Shown here: positions 58,787-64,000 of the stretch, piece by piece
How the letters are laid out: each line of letters opens with the position of its first letter
How positions within the stretch are numbered: position 1 is the first letter of the stretch
Sequence record: LC494302.1
DNA: 64,000 nt
Strand: one strand, 5' to 3'
Notes under the pieces: generated by a model
What the model was told of the DNA's origin: nothing
What the model saw: the letters and a program-made list of their open reading frames with translations, nothing else
Database searches by the model: none
Program-made: the position numbers and the translations under genes

Positions 58787-59974
58787 TTATAATTGTCGGG
58801 GTGTATCTAGTACATATCTAGTTGTACTAGGACCACCATCATCATAAGTTCCGGTTGAATATATATTTTTCATATCAGTTAGAAATGTACGATATGAACC
58901 TCTATATATTTTTATTTTATCATACATAGAATATGTTATTTGTGTAGGCATTGGACATGCAGTAAACTTACCAACAGTTGCACTAGTACCAATACCCAAT
59001 GAACCAGCATAACTACTGGCATTTAAACCAGTTGCATATACACCAGTACTCGTAATTAGTATACTAGATTGTGGTGGGTATCCAGTATGAATTGAATACA
59101 AAGTACCGGGTGGTAACGTCGTACTGTTATTTCCTAAAACTCCATTAACAGAGCTAGATGTAGTGTTATTTCCCCATGCCCCATTATTAGCTAACCCACC
59201 GACAAGGAACTGACGTGCTCCTGTATTTGGATTTTCAACTAAAGCACTTACTGCACCAGTTGAGCATCCTGTGTATTGTAACGTTTTTGTGTATGTTGTA
59301 TTTGGTTGATATAAAGTATATTGATTATATGAAGTCCATGTAGTCGCGGAACTTATACCGGATGTAACACCACCAATATATAAATTATTTTGTTTATCAA
59401 ACAACAATACACAGTTATTTGTTGACTGTATTTGTGCAATATCAACATTAGGTGTGACCGCTTTTACAAATGAACCATCGGTTATTTCATAAGTAGTTCC
59501 CGTTCCATCGGCGAATTGTCTAGCACTGTTCCACCCTGTACTCCATATTGTATTATTGTCCATTAAGAAAGTAAACCACGTAGTACCTCCATACATCTGT
59601 TTAATTGAAGTACTTGAACTTTGTGTGTACAAATTTTGAATATATTGGTTATAACTTAAAAACGTAGTAGTACTAGTTGATAAACCAATATGACTACCAT
59701 ATCCACAGTAATAATAATTTGAGTCATTGTCTTTTACTAATAAAGTTCCTTGTGTAAGCCAGCAATCGTTAACGTTTTCTCTAATTAATGTCCATGATTT
59801 TAATGCAGTGTTGTTTCCTCTACCGAATTTCCCAAAACTATTATTCCCACGTGCATATAGTTGACCATCCGTATACAGAACCACAACATCTAAATCAGTT
59901 GGGATTATTTTCTTAATTTGAAGTGGTACTGGGGCAATATTCCCATAATTCATCATTCTTGCAAAAGGTAACAT
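58787..59974 (-). CDS. MLPF-tag RCC1-like repeat protein (395 aa)
   Basis: MLPFARMMNYGNI; LYARGNNSFGKFG. Confidence 0.8.
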   Translation of the reverse strand: MLPFARMMNYGNIAPVPLQIKKIIPTDLDVVVLYTDGQLYARGNNSFGKFGRGNNTALKSWTLIRENVNDCWLTQGTLLVKDNDSNYYYCGYGSHIGLSTSTTTFLSYNQYIQNLYTQSSSTSIKQMYGGTTWFTFLMDNNTIWSTGWNSARQFADGTGTTYEITDGSFVKAVTPNVDIAQIQSTNNCVLLFDKQNNLYIGGVTSGISSATTWTSYNQYTLYQPNTTYTKTLQYTGCSTGAVSALVENPNTGARQFLVGGLANNGAWGNNTTSSSVNGVLGNNSTTLPPGTLYSIHTGYPPQSSILITSTGVYATGLNASSYAGSLGIGTSATVGKFTACPMPTQITYSMYDKIKIYRGSYRTFLTDMKNIYSTGTYDDGGPSTTRYVLDTPRQL

Positions 59975-60045
59975 AAATTCCTCCTTTATTCATTATACTA
60001 TATTTAATACAAATAAGAAAGCCAGTATCAAGTACTGGCATTAAA

Positions 60046-61194
60046 TCATTGTATAAATGACATATCAACTTCTGTATAACTAAGAATGTTTTGTCCAGCA
60101 ATTCCCCCCATTACTACCATAGCATACCCACAATAATATAATTGCTCAGTGTCCGTAAGTATAAGTGAACCAGATGGAGTGCGTACCAAATTACACGAAC
60201 TATTAAACGAAGTATACGAAGGAGTATATGAGTACTGATTAATATTATTACCAACACCTAATTGACCAAATCCATTCGACCCAGATGCGTATAGAACTTC
60301 ATCACCTTTAGCTATATGTGATGCCATGTTACTAACACACGTATATAGAGTATAAACTCCTGAACTCAATAATGTCGGAGTTTTGTATTGTATATCGGTA
60401 GATGAAGAAGTACCACCTGTGCCAAATTCGTTCCCGTATTGTGCACCGAACTGTTTACCACAAGCGTACAAATTATTATCCGATTTAATAAAAAATGTAC
60501 TTTGATAACTTACATCAAAATCTATAACATCCGAAGCAATCATCGTCACCCCAGTAATAGAAGTTTGATTACCTGTACCTAACTGATAGTAATAGTTAAA
60601 ACCACAACCCCATAAAGTATTATCTTCTTTTAGGTATATGTTACCAACTGCCTTTTTAACCGAAGTTATAGTATCTACCCTTTTGAATGTGTTAAAAGAA
60701 TTAATGTTTGTACCATCACCAAATGATGATAGGTTCGAGTTATTGTTAACTCCACAACAATACAACGTACCATCGTTTGTTATCAAATTCACCTTCATAT
60801 CATTAAAACTACTCATGTATTTTATATCAGAAACATTAATACCACCTGATGTTATCCACGTAGTACAGTCCGTCCACAAAGTTTTTGTATCAGTTACACC
60901 AGTGAATGCCTTCGTGTTACCAGTGATAAAAACTTTTCCAGTACCTTTCTCTTCATACAATTGACAACTACTACTGTTATCTTCCAATAGAACTCGTTTA
61001 ACATTCTCCGCACAAAGAATAAATTTACTCGATGCTACACCTGTACCAGTACCCCAATTCGTCGAAGAAGATGCATACAACTTATTAGTATAAGTATCAT
61101 GAAGATACATAGAATCACTTGAATATATTTTAAAACGCCTATCCTTACCAGGGGCAATATTCCCATAATTCATCATTCTTACAAAAGGTAACAT
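60046..61194 (-). CDS. MLPF-tag RCC1-like repeat protein (382 aa)
   Basis: MLPFVRMMNYGNI; LWGCGFNYYYQLG, LYASGSNGFGQLG. Confidence 0.82.
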   Translation of the reverse strand: MLPFVRMMNYGNIAPGKDRRFKIYSSDSMYLHDTYTNKLYASSSTNWGTGTGVASSKFILCAENVKRVLLEDNSSSCQLYEEKGTGKVFITGNTKAFTGVTDTKTLWTDCTTWITSGGINVSDIKYMSSFNDMKVNLITNDGTLYCCGVNNNSNLSSFGDGTNINSFNTFKRVDTITSVKKAVGNIYLKEDNTLWGCGFNYYYQLGTGNQTSITGVTMIASDVIDFDVSYQSTFFIKSDNNLYACGKQFGAQYGNEFGTGGTSSSTDIQYKTPTLLSSGVYTLYTCVSNMASHIAKGDEVLYASGSNGFGQLGVGNNINQYSYTPSYTSFNSSCNLVRTPSGSLILTDTEQLYYCGYAMVVMGGIAGQNILSYTEVDMSFIQ

Positions 61195-61265
61195 ATTTCC
61201 CTCCTTTATTCATTATACTATATTTAATACAAATAAGAAAGCCAGTACAGTGTACTGGCATTATA

Positions 61266-62405
61266 TTATTTCCACGGTAGAAGTGAATCAGGAACCCTTG
61301 TTGGTACAGTAGTTGAAGACATTCCAGTAAGATTGGGTACACCACATGTGTATAAATTATTATATTCGTCAACTAACATCGTATAAGAATAGCTCTTACA
61401 AAAACTACTAAGATTACTACCTTCTAATGCAGTAAGATCCATTTCAGCGAATGATGTTATATACATATCAGTTGTACCAATACCACATTGACCATTTGAA
61501 TTAAGGCCACATGAAAATAACTTATTATTATTATTAATTATACAGGATGGTCCGGTAAGGTTTGTCCCAAGCTCACCCACCAACTCCACTTCTCCTTGGA
61601 ATGATAAATTTGGAATTAATGTACTCATTGGGGCTACTGACCTATTTCCTGTACCTGCTTGTCCATAGTCGTTAATAGATGCAACTTTAACATTACCATC
61701 ATTAAGAAATATATAAGAAGTTTCATTTGTATTGACTGCTTTAATTGCATTACTAATCGAAGTATCTTGTGTAAATGTGAGCAAGTTTTGTGTCGTCGTT
61801 CCTGATACAAACGTTCTACCTGCATACCAATATGAACCATCATTTAGTACTAATCCAGTACTATATATTGCACAACCAGCACTGATAACATTTTCTATTG
61901 TACTATAGGTGAATCGTGAAACGCTTGAAGTTGATCCATTCCCAAAAACACCACCAGTACCAGCACCACAGTAGAACCACTTTCCATTTTTTAAAAATAC
62001 ACGCATACACGAAGATATCACAACACTATCAATATCATCTGCACTGACACCGAAATCAGTAAAGTTCTGTGTTATATCAACCCAAACGCCGTTAGTGTTT
62101 GAAGATAGTATTGGAATAACAGTACGTCTACCAGTGTACCAAATAGTACCATCTTTCTTTATAGCAATTGTTCCTTGTACCCCACCCCAATATCGTGTAA
62201 CATTTGAGTTGACAAGAGTCCATTCAGTTGAAGAGTCCAATGAACCATTACCACTTTGTCCATATGCTGAAGAACCAAACCAATATAGATTGCCATTTGT
62301 GTGTAAATAAAATTTGGCATCAGCAGAACATTGTAACCTGTTTTTAGGTAGAATCAGTTCAGGTGCGATATTCCCGTACTTAACCATTCTTGCAAAAGGT
62401 AACAT
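61266..62405 (-). CDS. MLPF-tag RCC1-like repeat protein (379 aa)
   Basis: True start MLPFARMVKYGNI at 62405; LYWFGSSAYGQSG, LFSCGLNSNGQCG. Confidence 0.82.
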   Translation of the reverse strand: MLPFARMVKYGNIAPELILPKNRLQCSADAKFYLHTNGNLYWFGSSAYGQSGNGSLDSSTEWTLVNSNVTRYWGGVQGTIAIKKDGTIWYTGRRTVIPILSSNTNGVWVDITQNFTDFGVSADDIDSVVISSCMRVFLKNGKWFYCGAGTGGVFGNGSTSSVSRFTYSTIENVISAGCAIYSTGLVLNDGSYWYAGRTFVSGTTTQNLLTFTQDTSISNAIKAVNTNETSYIFLNDGNVKVASINDYGQAGTGNRSVAPMSTLIPNLSFQGEVELVGELGTNLTGPSCIINNNNKLFSCGLNSNGQCGIGTTDMYITSFAEMDLTALEGSNLSSFCKSYSYTMLVDEYNNLYTCGVPNLTGMSSTTVPTRVPDSLLPWK

Positions 62406-62475
62406 ATTCCCTCCTTTATTTGTTATACTATATTTAATACAAATAAGAAAGCCAGTACTCTGTACTGGCATTATG

Positions 62476-63585
62476 TTATTTTGGTAAATCAATTTTAGTA
62501 AAGACTGCAACATCCTCGATTGCACCTGGAATGGCGTAATACGATCCAGTACTATACACATCTCCATTTTTGGTTAATATCGATGTCAAACCATCACTAA
62601 AAAGAACATCCCTAATCTCACTAACTTCAACGGGTAATTGTAAATTGGTAGCACTATATATAGCACCAGTTTGAGAATTGTTTAATCCCAAACCACGGTT
62701 CGCCCCAACACCCTTCTGATATGTACTAGTAATTACCATTTGTGTAGCAGTATTTAAGGCAGGTGAATTCGTCATAAACAACGGAGAACTATTAGGCAAA
62801 GTACTTAAAGGAACTGCACGGAATGTAGTCGTACCTGAACTAAGAAAGTTTGGAGTTTGACCACATACGAAATATGATGTACCATTATAGTAATTTAATG
62901 CATTACCACCAATGGCTGCATCGATTACACCAGAACTACGCAATCCCCAAGTGTTAATTTGTGTTTGGTTCCCCGTACCATGCTGCCCACTACTATTCCA
63001 TCCAGAACTATATAGCTTATTATCTAATGTAAGATACATACTATCATTCGCATTGGTCATTACTTTACGAACGTTCGTAGCACATTGAGTTAATGTGTAA
63101 ATTGATGATGAACCAATACCCAAAGAACCACGATATCCATTATCTCCTGCACCATAGAGTACTGAATTAGTGCTAAGTACAAATATTAAACCATTTGTAC
63201 ATACAATATTAGCAATTTCACTTACTGGTATAGCATTGGTAAACCAATTAGTTCTTTCAACTAATACAGTACTGTAAGAAGTAGTTGTAGAAGATGAGAA
63301 CCAGTACGTTTGACCTGATGTCCATATCGTATTATCATTTTTAATAATAACAAGTGTACGATCACCCACGAAAAAATTAGAAACATCTGCACTTACTAAT
63401 GTCCACGAAGACACCGTGTTGGTATTACCATTTCCAGATTCACCACCTTGATTTCTACCTATGTAATATAAATCATGTGAATCAGTCAATAAGAATTGGC
63501 CTTGGGTAGAAGCACCAACTTTAATTATTTTTTTAGGACCAGGGACAATATTTCCATACATAATCATTCTTCCAAAAGGTAACAT
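62476..63585 (-). CDS. MLPF-tag RCC1-like repeat protein (369 aa)
   Basis: MLPFGRMIMYGNI at 63585; LYSSGWNSSGQHG. Confidence 0.82.
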   Translation of the reverse strand: MLPFGRMIMYGNIVPGPKKIIKVGASTQGQFLLTDSHDLYYIGRNQGGESGNGNTNTVSSWTLVSADVSNFFVGDRTLVIIKNDNTIWTSGQTYWFSSSTTTSYSTVLVERTNWFTNAIPVSEIANIVCTNGLIFVLSTNSVLYGAGDNGYRGSLGIGSSSIYTLTQCATNVRKVMTNANDSMYLTLDNKLYSSGWNSSGQHGTGNQTQINTWGLRSSGVIDAAIGGNALNYYNGTSYFVCGQTPNFLSSGTTTFRAVPLSTLPNSSPLFMTNSPALNTATQMVITSTYQKGVGANRGLGLNNSQTGAIYSATNLQLPVEVSEIRDVLFSDGLTSILTKNGDVYSTGSYYAIPGAIEDVAVFTKIDLPK

Positions 63586-63593
63586 ATTCCCTC

Positions 63594-64000
63594 CTATTGT
63601 TGCCATAACTGCGATGGCATTAATGTTAGTGTAGTAATACTATAAGTGCCATCTGGCAATCTACCACCATTTCCATTCCAGCCACCACATGCATATAATT
63701 TATAATCTTTAGTAATTATTATGGTTCTGCTCCAATCTTTAGATGCCATAAGAACATTGTCATAACCACTACTTATTGCACTAAGATTAAAAATATTCCA
63801 AGTTCTAACTAATGTATTAGTTCCATTACCTTCTTGACCATATGAGTTAGCACCACTACTTCTAACATATGGTGCGTATTGTGCCATAGGTGCACCAATT
63901 GATGCATTTCCCATATTACTTGGACAAATAAAAGTACTGTACTTACTTACATCAACCGTGACCGATGTGTTCCTAATTGGTGTTAGCTGATTTACCGATG
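63594..64000 (-). CDS. C-terminal part of another RCC1-like paralog (runs off the window)
   Basis: Frame open to the window edge; VRSSGANSYGQEG, LYACGGW. Confidence 0.7.
   Translation of the reverse strand, partial: SVNQLTPIRNTSVTVDVSKYSTFICPSNMGNASIGAPMAQYAPYVRSSGANSYGQEGNGTNTLVRTWNIFNLSAISSGYDNVLMASKDWSRTIIITKDYKLYACGGWNGNGGRLPDGTYSITTLTLMPSQLWQQ

Noticed and set aside
55444-60039. GCCAGTAT versus GCCAGTAC in three cassette hairpins as a 5mC deamination footprint
   Set aside because: The three copies are identical and could descend from one event in a loop-adjacent position; too weak to report.
52514-62310. Short + strand ORFs inside the RCC1-like array
   Set aside because: Antisense shadows of the - strand genes.
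53020-62469. Regularly spaced palindromic repeats as a CRISPR array
   Set aside because: The intervening sequences are 0.7-1.2 kb protein-coding genes, not 30-40 nt spacers, and no cas genes are visible.
61145-62567. Extended ORF starts (61266..62567, 51850..53085) and ORFs such as 61145..61372 that translate the cassette (CTGFLICIKYSIMNKGG)
   Set aside because: These are read-through of the repeated intergenic cassette; the GGAGG-spaced ATG of MLPF is the better start.

Overview
AT-rich slice (roughly one third G+C by eye) of a large lytic dsDNA phage genome. Gene style and content fit a jumbo enterobacterial myovirus of the RAK2/GAP32/PBECO4 type; this is inference, and no database search was run. 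Bases 1-51,370 are a dense + strand accessory/early region of mostly small hypothetical genes driven by sigma70-like promoters. Recognisable genes there: a C5 DNA methyltransferase, a PD-(D/E)XK-like nuclease, an Ntn-hydrolase-like protein, a sigma70-family factor, an HNH nuclease, two kinase-like proteins, DenV, an AAA ATPase, and a dispersed tRNA cluster (Gly, Ser x2, Arg-like, Met/Ile, Asn, Thr). Bases 51,354-64,000 are a - strand tandem array of at least 12 genes, mostly RCC1-like repeat proteins; the 11 whose start is visible begin with an MLPF N-terminal tag, and most are separated by a repeated terminator/promoter/RBS cassette. Signals not explained by the gene list: (1) about ten-fold excess of the palindrome AGTACT, which also sits inside a promoter family and inside terminators; (2) a short EExFFQxST-type motif shared by 16 otherwise dissimilar proteins; (3) three large (260-470 nt) structured non-coding regions, two with long-range or loop-loop pairings, plus smaller ones; (4) a D-arm-less tRNA-Arg(UCU)-like gene; (5) a repeated hairpin that is both terminator and promoter; (6) paralog expansions of 3-TM membrane proteins and MTHEEW peptides.
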